This document shows positions 12,301 to 27,300 of a stretch of 64,000 nt of DNA, piece by piece. Location: assembly GCF_032191835.1 (NCBI RefSeq), contig NC_083228.1, positions 101,060,001 to 101,124,000 on the forward strand, written 5' to 3'. The translations under genes were made by a program, and so were the position numbers. Each line of letters opens with the position of its first letter. The first letter of the stretch is position 1. This DNA comes from Heteronotia binoei (Eukaryota). Below the pieces are notes generated by a model, which was not told where the DNA came from, ran no database searches, and saw only the letters and a list, made by a program, of their open reading frames with translations.

Positions 12301-15300
12301 CAGTTACAGAAGGCAGTATGCTAATTTTCTGAGGTACTCATCCTACATTTTAGTGTTTTGTCCTGTACTCCTTAGACCACGGGTGTCAAACATGCAGCCC
12401 AGGGGCCGAATCAGGCCCCCAGAGGGCTCCTATCAAGTCCCCAAATAACCGACTGTTATCTGCTTCCTTCTCCCTCTCTCTTGCTTCCTTCTGCCTCTCA
12501 GCTTGCTTTGGCAGGCTTGCTCAATTGCACAGGAGCTACAGTGTAAAACCCTCAATTTTCCCCATTGGTTGAGGCTCCTCCCCCTCCTGCTCCCCTGAGG
12601 AGGGAGGGAAAGAGTCAGAGCTTCCTTTGCCCAGTTCCCTGGATCCCATGGGAGAAATACAAAGAAAGCACCTTTAAGACCAACAAGTGCTAATGTTTTA
12701 AGCATGTTTTATTTTAAGTTTTTTTTAAAAAAAAACTAGTTGTGTTTGTCTGTGTCCTTTACAAAGTTTATATCACTGCTATGTAATTTTAAATAGGTAC
12801 ACACATGGCCCAGCCCAACATGGCCTAGCTCAACAAGGTCTGATTTATGTCAGACCCAGCCCTCATAACAAATGAGTTCAACATCTCTGCCTTAGACTTA
12901 TTTTTTAAATCACTCTTCTTCCACAGCAAGGCTGCATCCCATCAATTAACTAATAACAGGATGTTGTGCATTTGAACAACATATGAACATATGAAGCTGC
13001 CTTATACCGAATCAGACCCTTGGTCCATCAAAGTCAGTATTATCTTCTCAGACTGGCAGCGGCTCTCCAGGGTCTCAAGCCGAGGATTTTCACCCCTACT
13101 TGCCTGGACCCTTTTTGGAGATGCCAGGGATTGAACCAGGGACCTTCTGCTTACCAAGCAGATGCTCTACCACTGAGCCACCGTCCCTCCCCATTTATCA
13201 GGGCTGGTATGGATCCTACCATTATTCTACAACGGAACCGAAGTTTGAAGCCTTACTCCAGTCTAAGAATCCTTCCTCTAACTTAACTGGCACATCTTTC
13301 TTATCTCTGAGCTAGAAAAATTAAAATAAATATTTTGAACTTGATGCATAGTTTTGAGAACCTCAGTGTAAAGGCTTAAGTTGTTTACATGTGCATCTCT
13401 TAATAAAGATATTTATCGAAACGGGAAATATAACAATCAAAATTCCGTTGAGAACCTACTTTATGCAGTGTTGAGTATTCTTTACATATTCCTTGGAAGC
13501 CTGGAATTGTATTGGTGGTTTGGTTTATGTATTTTTTACCATTGTATTTGTTGGCAACAGTGTGTGTGTTACAACATTTTGACTTTTTTGTCATATGTAT
13601 TACTAGTGTTTTATATATTTTTCATGTCTTTCTGTAATTAAATACATTGTTTTAATTGAACAAGGGAGATATCTGGTGTTTTCTGGTTGCTTAGTCTTTC
13701 TCCCTGTCCCTGTTTTTTCATTGTTGCTACTGATCAACAGCAGCCACTCTATGAAAACAAGTATGGTATAGGGAGACCCAGGTTCAAATTCCCATCTCAC
13801 TGTGGAAGCTCACTGCGTGATTTGGGACCAATTACAGACTTCCAGCCTAATGTACCTCACAGTGTTGTGAAGACAAAAAGGAGGAGAGAAGAATAATGTT
13901 AGCTGCTTTGGTCTCCATTGTGGAGAAGGGTTAGGTATAAATGAAGTAAATAAGAAATAAATAAAGCTGAAGATGGGAGACAGATAAAAGGTAGGTTGGT
14001 GAATGGCTGGGAAGGAGAGAATGAGGAAAGGAAAGAGGACAGGATATGGAGGTTGCCCATGGGAGGGAAACAGGAAATAATGCGGGGAGGAGAACACAGG
14101 AAACTGAGGTGCTACCCCACAAGTCCTTGAACGTTCCCTATTATGCTAGTAGGCTTGGCTCAATGGCCAACCCCACACCTGGGCCAGTTTTCCTAGGCAG
14201 AAGCTGCTAAAGGGAAAGCTTAAAACAGAAGGGCAGGTAAAGATAGGTTGGCCGGGAAGGAGATAGGGTTGCCAACTCCAGATTTGAAAATTCTTAGAAA
14301 TTTGGGTGGAGCTTGGAGAGGTGGAGTTTGAGGCACTAAAAGATCCCAGAGGCAAAATTCCTCCCTCCAAAGCAGTCATTTCCTCCAGGGGAACTAGGGG
14401 TGCCAACTTCCAGGTGGGTACTGGAGATCACCTGGAATTACAACTGCTTTCCAGACGACAGAGATCACTGCTGTTTTGCAGGGTGGACTGTATGGAGAGG
14501 TTATGGGAAATGGAAAGAGGAAATAGTAGGGGAGAGGGAAAGATGCCTCCTGGCATTCCTTAGGAATTCCCACTTGTGGTAGTATAATGTGCTTTGGGGG
14601 GGGGGGTTGTTTTTTTGCTCTCCTCAATTTAGATGTCCTGTTAAAATAATCAGGAAAAGAATTTCAGAGGGATACTGAGTCTGTACAGTGAAGGGTAGAG
14701 ATTACGCCTGATCTACAAGGGAATTGGATCTCGCCCCATTTTTGCTATTTCTCTGTTGTTGAGTAGGAAGCATCCTGCTGGGATAAATTTCTGACATGGA
14801 CAGCTTTTTTTCTCCAGTGACTTACACCTTCCAATGCTTTGGAATGAAGACAGAGTGCAACAGCTGCCATTACTTGCATATTCAAACTGGGGAGAAGTAT
14901 CTCACACAAAGCAATTTGGCTCACAAACAGTTCTAGTAGACCTAACTCTCTGCAATTCCTGGCAGGTTCCCAGCTGCCAGGGGGCCCACAATGTGTTTAA
15001 ACTTGCTTCTGATCGCAGTGCTTGTGTACTTCCTTAGCCTAATTAACTAAACCAACTGGAGAAATGAGAGCCAACAGAAGCCTCTGGAAGAACATTCTTG
15101 TGGGTTTGAGGAACTATCAGGCAGTCCGGCTTTCTTGCATGGAAAAAAGATCTACAACTGGCACAGACTCTTCCCTGGAGGAATGAGGAAGGAATCCTCC
15201 CTCTGGGACCAGATGGGCAAATCCCCATTCTGAGGATGCCTCTTGATGAGAAAGAAACTTTAATTTCTTCCATGAAATCTGAAGTAACTTAAGATTTCCC

Positions 15301-18300
15301 AATATTCAAAATTAATTTCATAAGTCAGTGTGTTCCTTACTAATGTTTACAAAGAGGTACATTCTTGCATACTGTTAGCAATAACAAACTTTGCAATTAA
15401 ATAACAGCCATCTGTTAACACAGGGATGTCAAACTTATTTGTTATGAGGACCGGATCTCACATAAATGAGACCTTGTTGGGCCGGGCCATGTCAGGCCAG
15501 GCCATGTGTACTACCTATTTAAGATAAGGCAGTAACAGAGATATAAACTTTATAAAGGACACAGACAAACACAGTTAATTTTAAAAAAAACTTAAAACAT
15601 GCTTAAAATGTTAGTACTTGTTGGTCTTAAAGGCACTTTCTTTGTATTTCTCCCATGGGATTCAGGGAACAGGGCAAAGGAAGCTGTGACTCTTTCTTTC
15701 CTTCTCCAGAGGACTGGGGGTAGGAGCCTTAGCCAATAAAAAGATGACAGACTTGGCTTAGTAACTCTGCTGTGCAATTGAGAGAGCCCGAGAGAACAAG
15801 CTCTGTCTTTCCCCTTCCTCAACAAGGGAGGAACCTCATCCAATTGAGGAAACAAAAATTTTGCTCTGTAGCTCCTGTGTGATTGAGCAAGCCTTGCAAA
15901 GCAAGCTGTTATGCAAAAGGAAGCAAGAGATAGGGAGAAGGAAGCAAGTGATGGCCAGTTGCTTGGGGACCTGTAAGGAGCCCTCCGGGGGCCTGAATCA
16001 GCCCCTTGGCAGCATGTTTAACTCCCCTATGTTAACTGAAATCCCAAGCATATGTGCTTCATATACTACTCATGAATAGCGCAGCAAATGTTAGTTAATA
16101 ATTAGTTAATTAGTTATTGGAGGAATACTTACCAGGTGGCCCTAACAAGCCTATATCTCCTGGGGGTCCTGGGAGGGAAATTCCTGGGGGTCCAGGTTCT
16201 CCTCTACTGCCTTTTGATCCAGGTTCTCCAGTGCACCCTGGAGGCCCCATTTCACTTAAACCTTTATAGAAAAGTAACTGCACAATGTAAAGCTTTATCT
16301 GAATGAAAAGACAGATTTTTAGAATGGAAATCCCAACTGAAGCAATAATTCTTCTTTTCCAGGTAAGTCTGGAACCCCATGAGCAACATCCCCCCCACAA
16401 AAAAAGCCTCTTAAATTTAATAAGTGTGCCTGAGCAGCATCCCTAAAAGCATAAATGGCTATAGCCACAGAACTGGCAAAAGAAAATCTCAAGAATACAA
16501 GAATTGCTTTACACATGCACATAGGCTTCTCTGGATCTTTGAGTTTGGTTGCAACAAGATTGCCAGCCTGAGATGAAGCAAATATTACAAAGATTTTCAA
16601 CTGCATAACTATTGCTCTTCGCATAAATTATTTTAAAATTCAGTTTTATTAATAAGATTTCATGATCTGGTTCATTCTCATCATGTTGACAGTAATTAAT
16701 TATAGCTGAATCCAAGCTTCAAATATTTGAATAATAAATTTATACCATTGTACTTCCAGATATAGCATGATTTTCATAAAGTCAAATGGTGATCATATTA
16801 CGTTCGTTTTGTAGAAAAAGCCCAGCAAGAGCTCATTTGCATATTAGGCCACACCCCTTGATGCCAAGCCAGCCCAAACTGCATTCCTGTGTTTTCCTAC
16901 TCAAAAAAAGCCCTGCTTTCATACTAAAAATACTTAACATGAAGTCTGTATATCACTTATTCTTTACCTGGAGATCCTGGTAAACCTTTTTGACCCCGTA
17001 GTCCATTCAAGCCATCTATTCCAGGCAATCCTGGAGGGCCTATGAAATATTGCAATAAAATATAAATAAAATGCTGAATACATTTTTGCAATTTGAACAT
17101 TGACATGGATGTTTACTGAAAATGTCTGGCAGGTGGAAAATATGCTGCATCATTAGAAGATGTGGACTTTTTTAAAGTAAAAAATTACATTTAGGAAGTT
17201 GAAGCAAATAAAGTAAAATAATTTACTGCCTTTTGTACATTAACAACAGATTTCCTGGCATTAAAAATTGAGAGGATTTAATTCTTTAAAATAATTCCTG
17301 CTTTAGTCTTTTATTATTTAAGTATTACTAGCCTCTTTTTCAATCAAACAACAAACTCCAAAATAAAAGTAACTGTCATATTTCTGCTTCTCTTGGCACT
17401 TAAAATGAATAGAGGAGTTTTAGTTTAGGTGATGAGAGGTCTACCAGTTGCTTTAAGCAAAAAAGAGGAATCTTTAAGGTTTTTCTCTGCAACTTTGTTG
17501 TGTTCTTAATGCTAGGCATCAAAATAAAGAGACATCAGGCTAGGGTTGTCAGGGTCAAGGTGGGGCCTGGAGATCTGCTTTTACAACTGATCTCCAGATG
17601 GCAGAGATCAGCTCCCCTGGAGAAAATGGCTGCCTTGAAGGGTGGACTCTATGGCATGCTCCCCTGCTGAGGCCCCTCCCCTCCCCAAACCCTTCCCTCA
17701 CCTGGATCCACCCCCTAAGTCTCCAGGTATTTTCCAACACAGACCTGGCAACCCTTTTTCAAACAGGAGCACAGTTTAATAAGTCTAGTTCCTTCCCTAT
17801 CTGGAGCTATAATGAGTACAGTTTTCTCCCTGGTCCTGCCCATACCAAGTCTTGGAGAGACTAGGACAATCTATAACATTGGCCCAGATTACAGGAACAG
17901 AGTTGTCAAAACACTAAAAAAAAACTGAAGCAGGGTTACCAGGTCCCCCCTGGCCACCAGCAGAGGATAGGGTGTAGGGTTGCCAGCTTTAGGCTGGGAA
18001 ACGCCTGGGGAGGACAGGGAGCTCAGTGGGGTAGATTACCATAGAGTCCACCCTCCAAAGCATGCATTCTATCCAAGGGAAGTGATCTCTGTAGTTTGGA
18101 GATGAATTATAATTCTAGGGGATCCCCAGGTCCCACTGGAGGATGGCATCCCTACTTGAAGACAGAAGTGATTGGCTCTCTATAACTACTCTGTTCCATC
18201 TGATATGACCCAAAGAACCATAGTAACCATCATTATTGACCCAAAAATAGTATTCGTAACAATATTTGTGAAAACAGAAATGTATTTATGGCAGGTTTTT

Positions 18301-21300
18301 TTGGCTAAATGTTAGGCAAGAGATATATGGCTAGTGTGCAGCAGCTGACTCCAACATCAGTAAATATTAAGGATTAATCTTTGGAATCTAATATGCTGCT
18401 GATATCTCTCTTGATTCTTGGCTTATTTAACCATGATTGATGGTTCTGTTTACTTTGCTTTCTAACTTCTGCCAACAATCCATTACAACGACAACACTTG
18501 TAAGTCTATAATTGAAGCAGTCACAGTTCTGTGCTGCTAGATACGAGCTGAATTTGCTGCAATGGAAGTCAGCCATTATTTGCTACATTTTACAGCACAG
18601 TACTGTTTGAAACTAAGAACATAAGAACATAAGAGAAGCCATGTTGGATCAGGCCAACGGCCCATCAAGTCCAACACTCTGTGTCACACAGTGGCAAAAA
18701 ATGTTATATACACACATACACTGTGGCTAATAGCCACTGATGGACCTGTGCTCCATATTTTTATCTAAACCCCTCTTGAAGGTGGCTATACTTGTGGCCG
18801 CCACCACCTCCTGTGGCAGTGAATTCCACATGTTAATCACCCTTTGGGTGAAGAAGTACTTCCTTTTATCCGTCTTAACCTGTCTGCTCAGCAATTTCAT
18901 CGAATGCCCACGAGTTCTTGTATTGTGAGAAAGGGAGAAAAGTACTTCTTTCTCTACTTTCTCCATTCCATGCATTATCTTGTAAACCTCTATCATGTCA
19001 CCCCGCAGTCGACGTTTCTCCAAGCTAAAGAGTCCCAAGCGTTTCAACCTTTCTTCATAGGGAAAGTGCTCCAGCCCTTTAATCATTCTAGTTGCCCTTC
19101 TCTGCACCTTCTCTAAAGCTATAATATCCTTTTTGAGGTGCGGCGACCAGAACTGCACACAGTACTCCAAATGAGACCGCACCATCGATTTATACAGGGG
19201 CATTATGATACTGGCTGATTTGTTTTCAATTCCCTTCCTAATAATTCCCAGCATGGCATTGGCCTTTTTTATTGCAAACGCACACTGTCTTGACACTTTC
19301 AGTGAGTTATCTATCATGACCCCAAGATCTCTCTCTTGATCAGTCTCTGCCAGTTCACACCCCATCAACTTGTATTTGTAGCTGGGATTCTTAGCCCCAA
19401 TGTGCATTACTTTGCACTTGGCCACATTGAACCGCATCTGCCACGTTGACGCCCACTCACCCAGCCTCAACAGATCCCTTTGGAGTTCCTCACAATCCTC
19501 TCTGGTTCTCACCACCCTGAACAATTTAGTGTCATCCGCAAACTTGGCCACTTCACTGCTCACTCCGAACTCTAAATCATTTATGAACAAGTTAAAAAGC
19601 ATGGGACCCAGTACCGAGCCCTGCGGCACCCCACTGCTTACCGTCCTCCACTGCGAAGACTGCCCATTTATACTCACTCTCTGCTTCCTATTACTCAGCC
19701 AGTTTTTGATCCACAAGAGGACCTGTCCTTTTACTCCATGATTCTCAAGCTTTCTAAGGAGCCTTTGATGAGGAACTTTATCAAAAGCTTTCTGGAAGTC
19801 AAGGTAAACAACATCTATCGGGTCTCCTTTGTCCACATGTTTGTTCACCCCCTCAAAGAAATGCAACAGGTTAGTGAGGCAAGATCTTCCCTTGCAGAAC
19901 CCATGCTGAGTCTTCCTCAATAACCCGTGTTCATCAATGTGCCTACTCATTCTGTCCTTGATAATGGTTTCTACCAACTTTCCCGGTATTGAAGTCAGAC
20001 TGACTGGCCTGTAGTTTCCCGGATCTCCTCTGGAACCTTTTTTAAAGATGGGGGTGACATTTGCTACCTTCCAGTCCTCAGGAATGGAGGCAGATTTCAA
20101 TGAAAGATTACAGATTTTTGTTAGAAGATCCACAAGTTCAACTTTGAGTTCCTTCAGAACTCTCGGATGTATGCCATCCGGACCCGGTGACTTATTAGTT
20201 TTTAATTTGTCTATCAGTTGTAGGACCTCCTCATTTGTCACCTCAATCTGACTCAGGTCTTTCAACACCCCTTCCAAAATTAGTGGTTCTGGGGCGGGCA
20301 AAAAGTTCTCGTCTTCTACAGTGAAGACGGAGGCAAAAAATTCATTTAGCTTTTCAGCCATTTCCCTATCCTCCTTCAGTAATCCTTTTACCCCATGGTC
20401 ATCCAAGGGCCCCACTGCCTCCCTGGCTGGTTTCCTACTTCTAATATATTTGAAGAAAGTTTTATTGTTGGTCTTTATGTTTTTTGCAATATGCTCCTCA
20501 TAGTCCCTTTTTGCCTGCCTGATCACAGTCTTGCATTTGATTTGCCACAGCCTGTGTTCCCTTTTACTAATCTCACTTGGACTGGTTTTCCACCGCTTAA
20601 AGGAGTCCTTCTTACCTTTTACAGCTTCCATTACTTTATTTGTTAACCACGCAGGCCTTTTCTTATGCCTGTTTGTGCCTTTCCTAACTTGTGGTATGTA
20701 TTTTATCTGAGCTTCTAGGATTATAGTTTTAAATAGCGTCCAAGCTTTCTCAAGGGTTTTGACCGTATGTACCTTTCCTTGCCTTATTTAAACTAGCCTT
20801 ATTTAAATATATGTGACCATTTACTTCAAGGATAACTCAAAGAAGTACGGTTTCAGGACTGGACCATTAATTATAGATATGAGGAACACAATTTTAAAAC
20901 AGGTGTGTTAGGCATCCCTCATAATACCATTCCCTTATATTTAAAAATGGTGTAAATGAGCACCATTGTTTTAGTGCCTAAAAATAATGAATTCATTTGA
21001 CTAACAAAAGTTTTCATATAAACACACAATAAACTAATTGGGGGAAAACAGACATGACAGAGACCATGAGATCTCTAACTGTAAAATGTATCTCACAACG
21101 TCCCAGTTTGTACCAAGATCATGCAGAGAAGGAAGAGACTTCATTTACTTTACAGTTTTTAAATAAATCAGACACAAGGTAGTTCACATACATTTAAAAA
21201 CAAATACAAATAGTTTAACCCTTCAATCTTGGTTTTACTAACTGAAATTCCCCCCAACACAGAAAAGTTTTAGTACTTTAAAGAGAAAAACTTGTCCTTT

Positions 21301-24300
21301 AAATATCTTTTCCCCTTTAAAATGCTAATAAAAAGGGAGAGAGCCCAGTTTTGATTATGGTTATCAAATGGCCTGGAGAAAAATGGTATGTCCTTTCAAC
21401 AGAAGCTTAATGGGATGTTGTTTGCCAGATGTTACCTCCATGCCATGGAAAGTTTCACCTGCCAATTTCCACTCAATAAACCAGTATTAGAGGGATAGGA
21501 TATTCTTCTCCGGGCCAATTGGCAATCCTAGTTTTTATCAGTTAAATAAAGCTGTAATTGAAGAGTTGAAGTCCCTCATTTTTTCCTGCAGGGCACTGAT
21601 GAAAACTGTTTGGGGTTTGGATTAAGTGATTTGGGATTGAAGCCAATCCTTTACATATCTGAATGGGGCACAGACTACGTTATTATTATTATTATTAACT
21701 TCATTTCTACCTCTCCTTTCTCCCCAGTGGGAACCCAAAACAGCCTACATCATTCTCCTTTCTGCCATTTTATCATCACAACAACCCTATGAGGCAGCTT
21801 AAGCTGAGTGACTGGCCCAAAATAACCCAGCAAGGCTTCTATTGGTGCAATGGGGATTCGAACCTGGATCTCCCAGATCCTAGTCCTACACTCTAACCAC
21901 TACACCACACTAGCAGTATCTAACTGGCAAGTAAGATTTGCTTGCCAGCTGAATAACCATAATTACATATCACTTCCAAATATTAAATGTAGGGTTGCCA
22001 ACAGCCTGGAGGAAAAAATATCCTGTCCTTTAATAGAGGCTTCTTGTATAGAAATGGGCAAGTGACACATTTCATGACATGAAGGTAAGTACCACCACCT
22101 GGTAAATAACATCCCATTAAGCTCCTAATTAAATGGACAGGACATTTTTCTGTCTGGCAACATTAAATTTATAGGAATGAATCATGTCTTTAGGATGACA
22201 CATGGGTGTGTTCTGTCCTCATAACTCTGCTTCTGTTAGCCAACTAAATATACATCAGGGCATATGATCCAAGCAATTGTATCAGGCACCGTAAGCCAAG
22301 AAAAAAGGTGGGGTATAAGTATTTTAATTAATAAATAATATCACCTTCGATACACAGCTCTTGAAGTTCATGTTAAAATGTTCCTGCAGGAAAAGTCCAG
22401 GCTAGCATGCCATGAAGAGGTAACTACATTTGGATCAGTTCTTGGCTCAACTGTGCATACACGATAATATATAAAAGAAAGATGGCTGCTGACTCATATT
22501 CTACTGCCAAGTTTGATGTCCAACATTAGTTCATACCATCAATGCAAATACATAAGTAACTGTATCCCATCCTATCGATGTTTTCATTAATTTATTTTGA
22601 AAAGTTATATGCTACTTTTCCAGAGATCTGTTCCAAGCTGTTTATTTGCCTGTTTAGAGGCTCATAGCTTGGGGCCAAAAATAAAATCTGCATCCACAAT
22701 CTGTCTCAAACTTCCTCCTTTGAATAGGGTTTTAAAAATTCTTTCAGTTGATCAAATTTGGCCCCAAAAGAAAAGACATATCCCTGACTTCAATGTCAAC
22801 ATAGTTAGGCCTGAGGTGTATTTTCAAAGTACCCTGCATTTTATGACTTACAATTATATTTGCTGCCATTCATTCCATGCTATTACAACATTCAGGGTCA
22901 CATCTTGTAAAAGCTCTACCACTTACAATATTTACCTTTTCTACCTGGGGATCCAGATAATCCTGGAAAACCTGGAGGTCCCAAAAGGCCAGGGTTACCT
23001 TGTTCACCTGGAGTTCCTGCTAATCCTGCAGCTCCTTGAGCTCCTACAGGTGGAAAAGATGAGTGTCAAATCATATGAAGCTGCCTTATACTGAATCAGA
23101 TCACTGGACGATCAAGGCCAATACAGTCTATTCAGACTTCCAGTTGCTCTCCAGTGTCTTATGTGAAGGTTTTTTACATCACTTGTTCTTTTAACTTGAG
23201 ATTAAGGAGCTTCAAGACGCTAGGCAGATACTCTATTACTGAACTGCAGCCCCTCAAACAGCATTTACTACTTTCTTCTCACCTGTTCAGCCCCTCCTCA
23301 GCAGAAAGAATATATTTTGTCAAGGTGTATAGGGTAGGGTTGCCAAGTCCAATTCAAGAAATATCTGGGGACTTTGGGGGTGGAGCCAGGAGACATTAGG
23401 GGTGGAGCCAAGATCAAGGCTGTGACAAGCATAATTGAACTCCAAAGGGAGTTCTGGCCATCACATTTAAAGGGAGGGCACACCTTTTCAATGCCTTCCT
23501 TCCATAGGAAATAATGAAGGATAGGGGCACCTTCTTTTGGGGCTCATAGAATTGGACCCCCTGGTCCAATCGTTTTGAAACTTGGGGGTATTTTGGGGAG
23601 AGGCACTAGGTGCCTGTGCCCCCAAAAATAGCACTCCCAGAGCCCCAGCTACCCGCAGATCAATTCTCTATGATTTTCTATGGGACTAAATTTCCATAGG
23701 AAATAACAGAGTTCCCAGCAGACATTTCCCTCCCCTCCCCCCACTTTCTGACGACCCTGAAGCAGGGGGAGGGCCTCCAAACCGGGGGATCCTCTGCCCC
23801 CACCTGGGGATTGGCAACCCTAGTATAGGGGAACTCCAGAAGTTCACATAAAATCAACAATGCATTCAGACCAGCCTGGCTGTGGGCATACTACAGCAAC
23901 TATCACTTCTCAAATGTTTGTAACAGTCAAAGGCCAGTTGTCTTCTTTTCTTTTTCCGTTACTGTTAAGTTTTCTGATTTTATCCACTGTTCGCCTTACA
24001 GCTGATTATTTGTAATATTAGATTTAAACATTTTCTTTTTCACTTCTTCTTTACCTGGGAAACCAGGAGTTCCTGGGTATCCAGGTAACCCTTTGGGTCC
24101 TGGTCTTCCTGTTTCCCCTTGAATGCCTGGTACGCCTTGAACACCAGGTAATCCATCAAGACCTTTAAGAAACAAAAAAACAAACAAACCACAGTTTCTT
24201 CATGTAAAAGATTTCCAGTAGAGCATATTTCCATGCACATAGATTTGCTGTGTTTTGCAGCAGACAGCTTTTCAATAACATGCCAACATATTGCCTCTCC

Positions 24301-27300
24301 ATGAATGGTACAGAGCCCAAGGATACCCTTACAGGAATGCATACTGGCTCCAGTACAACAGCATCATAACTGATAACTCAACACTTCCCCAAAATATAGA
24401 ACTATTTTTTTAAAGCTGCACAAATTATTCCTTTCAATACCCAGGCAGATGGATTTGGTACATTCTAGGAACTTGCACTAGCCATTGCTCGATTTGATTC
24501 ACTCAGACTGTAGTTCACCATTGAGTGCTAAGTGAAGACTGTTCTGTATAACTACAGCATAGCTGTAATAATATTACTAATGTGTCATTCTACCTACTTA
24601 GCAATACATAATTTATGAACATATGCAAAGATATTGCTCGTCTTCATTTTCATCTCTGTATAAATGACAGATATTTTATACATATAGAAGCAAACCCAAT
24701 TTTAAATTATGATGTATTAATGTTGTGAAATTTTAATTGTTTATTGTGATTTTATTGTGAGCCGTCCTGAGGCTGCTTCGGCAGGGAGGGCAGGATATAA
24801 ATTGAATGAAAATAAAATTAAAATTAAATAAAGTTTGCCGCTAAGTAAATACTCAACAAGACGATGTGACCAAACATACATACAACATATGTATTTGGAA
24901 ACAAATGTATATTGTATTCATACTTAACATTTTTAGATGCATAGTAAATACTACATATACAGGATGATACTGTTGATAAAAATTAAAGTTTGGATGAGAT
25001 ACTATCTGCTTTCTGGTGTCTGAAAAAAGATTGTGGAGTTAAGATGGCTGCTGCATTGGTTGCATTTTGGGCCTACTAGGCCCAAATTGTATAAAATGTA
25101 GGCTTGTCAACCTCCAGGTCCAAGCAGGGGATCCCCTGGTTTTGCAGGCTCCTCCCCACCACCTGCCAGCTTGTCCAAGCAGCCACGATGTGCCTTTAAA
25201 CCTCTGCGGGCTTAAAAGAACCTTGCAAACTGCTTGCATTTTGGACTGTGTGTGTGCTTTTAAATCTCAGCTAGAGGAAAGCTGCATGGGCATGGTGAGC
25301 AAGCAGAGCTATGTGGTGAGCGTGTGAATAGGGTTGCCAAGTCCAATTCAAGAAATATCTGAAGACTTTGGGGGTGGAGCCAGGAGACTTTGGGGGTGGA
25401 GCCAGGAACAAGCTTGTGACAAGCATAATTGAACTCCAAAGGGAGTTCTGGCCACACCTTTTAAATGCCTTCCCTCCATTGGAAATAATGAAGGATAGGG
25501 GCATATAATATACTAGGTTCAATGCAATGAAGAGGTGTGGTGGTAGTGATCATAGCTCTTTATTAGGTACAACATAGTATAGGGATGCACTCTAAGGCCC
25601 TGTTCACACAGCGTGTTGAGTCCATGTTAAACTGACCCAGTTCTGCTCCAAATATCTTTGCTCCAGATATTATCGATCAGACTGCCATACTGCAATTCGA
25701 ATCACTCCACGGTGAAACCGTCTTCTGCCATCCACACGACGGCACATGCAGTTCTTTTTTTTGTTTCCTCCACCATGCCGCATAAGAGCATAATGCGCAT
25801 GTGCGCATTATGCACACATGCACATTATGAGCATATGCGCATAGGCTAAAAATGTGGTTGTGCGGTTATGCGCATATCGCTAAGTAGTAAAAAAATGGTG
25901 ACCATAAACCGGATGTCTGAGGCTCCTTTTGCTCTGGGACAGCCTTCAGGCATCTGGAAGTTGATTAATATCACAGCAGAACTATTCAGACTGAGAAAAC
26001 TACAAGGTGAAACCAGACAACTCAAAAAACACCACAAAGGAGCAGGTAACAAAATAATCTGGTTTGGAGAAGGATTGGAGGGGGGCGACAATGATTGACT
26101 ACCAGGAGGCAGATGTTGCTGTCTGATCAGCCACTTTTAATCCGGTAGGAAACAGCATCGACAACTGATTAAACTGTGCGTCTGAACAGGCCCTGAGGAA
26201 CTGGGCCACCGGGGCCAACTATATACACATCAAGGTTCCTGCACTAGCACACCATTGGGTCATTCAAGCCGGTCAGGGGCTTGTGATTGGATCATGGCAA
26301 CAAGTATTTGGATCCTACTGTCCATTGTTCCTGAGTCCCCAGGCTCAGTCCTTATGGCTCCAATGAGCCAGGCAGGAACACACACAAGAGTCTTCATTTG
26401 GGTCCGCATACACAACAGGGCACCTTCTTTTGGGGCTCATAGAATTGGACTCCCTGGGCCAATCTTTTTGAAACTCGGTGCCTCTATCTCAAAAAACAGC
26501 CTCTCCCCACCAGATACCCACAGATCAATTCTCCATTATACCCTATGGGAATCGGTCTCCATAGGGAATAATGAAGTGCCCAGCAGACATTTCCCCCCCA
26601 CCGCTTTCTGATGACCCTGAAGCCGGGGGGAGGGTCTCCAAACCGGGGGATCCATCTGGGGATTGGGAACCCTGTGTGCGAACCATGTAATAAAGCAGAA
26701 GTCCCTCTGGTTTTTTTGCATTGGTTCCAGAAGTTGTGTATATAGTAAAATGGCATTAACTAGAACATGATTATGGAATGGAGGAAAACTCCACCCCCTA
26801 GGCTGCTCTACTTTTGTTTTCCTGTCAGACTGAAAAAGTTGGTTGAAATACAGCAGATGGTCACATTCAGCAACTCCTGTGAGTAGATAACCAGTAAGAT
26901 CACAAAAGCTGTTCATTCTGGCTGCTTTGTGAGTGTGTGTTTGTGTATTCACTTTTATTTAGTGGAAGTGCAGCTGCTGGGGGCAGGGCTGGATTAACAA
27001 TTAGGCCAAGTAGGCACTGGCCTATGGGCCCGGATGCCTTTAGGGGCCCCAGGCTGGCTTTCCCCCCCTCAGTTTTCCCCCTGCTTGCAGCCCTTGGAGC
27101 CTGCATGCGCAGTCAGCAACTGAGTCACTCTTTGCCTGGTGAGGCTGCTGCTAATGTCATCACCAAGTTTGCCTCTCTGCCTCTCTCCTGCAGCTTTCTC
27201 AAAGGGGCTTTTGAGAAGGTGTCTGCAGACTACAGTGAGGGCAACAGGCAGTGGGATAGGTGATAGTTTGTAAGGGGGCCCTCAAGATTTTGACTGCCTA

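Noticed and set aside
10812-13192. Genuine 5S rRNA or tRNA genes
   Set aside because: Heads are decayed, cannot complete the structure, and are fused to SINE bodies and tails.
20781-20807. TSD for the 18.6-kb CR1 (gccttatttaaa doublet)
   Set aside because: The doublet is only on the 5' side and does not match the 3' flank.
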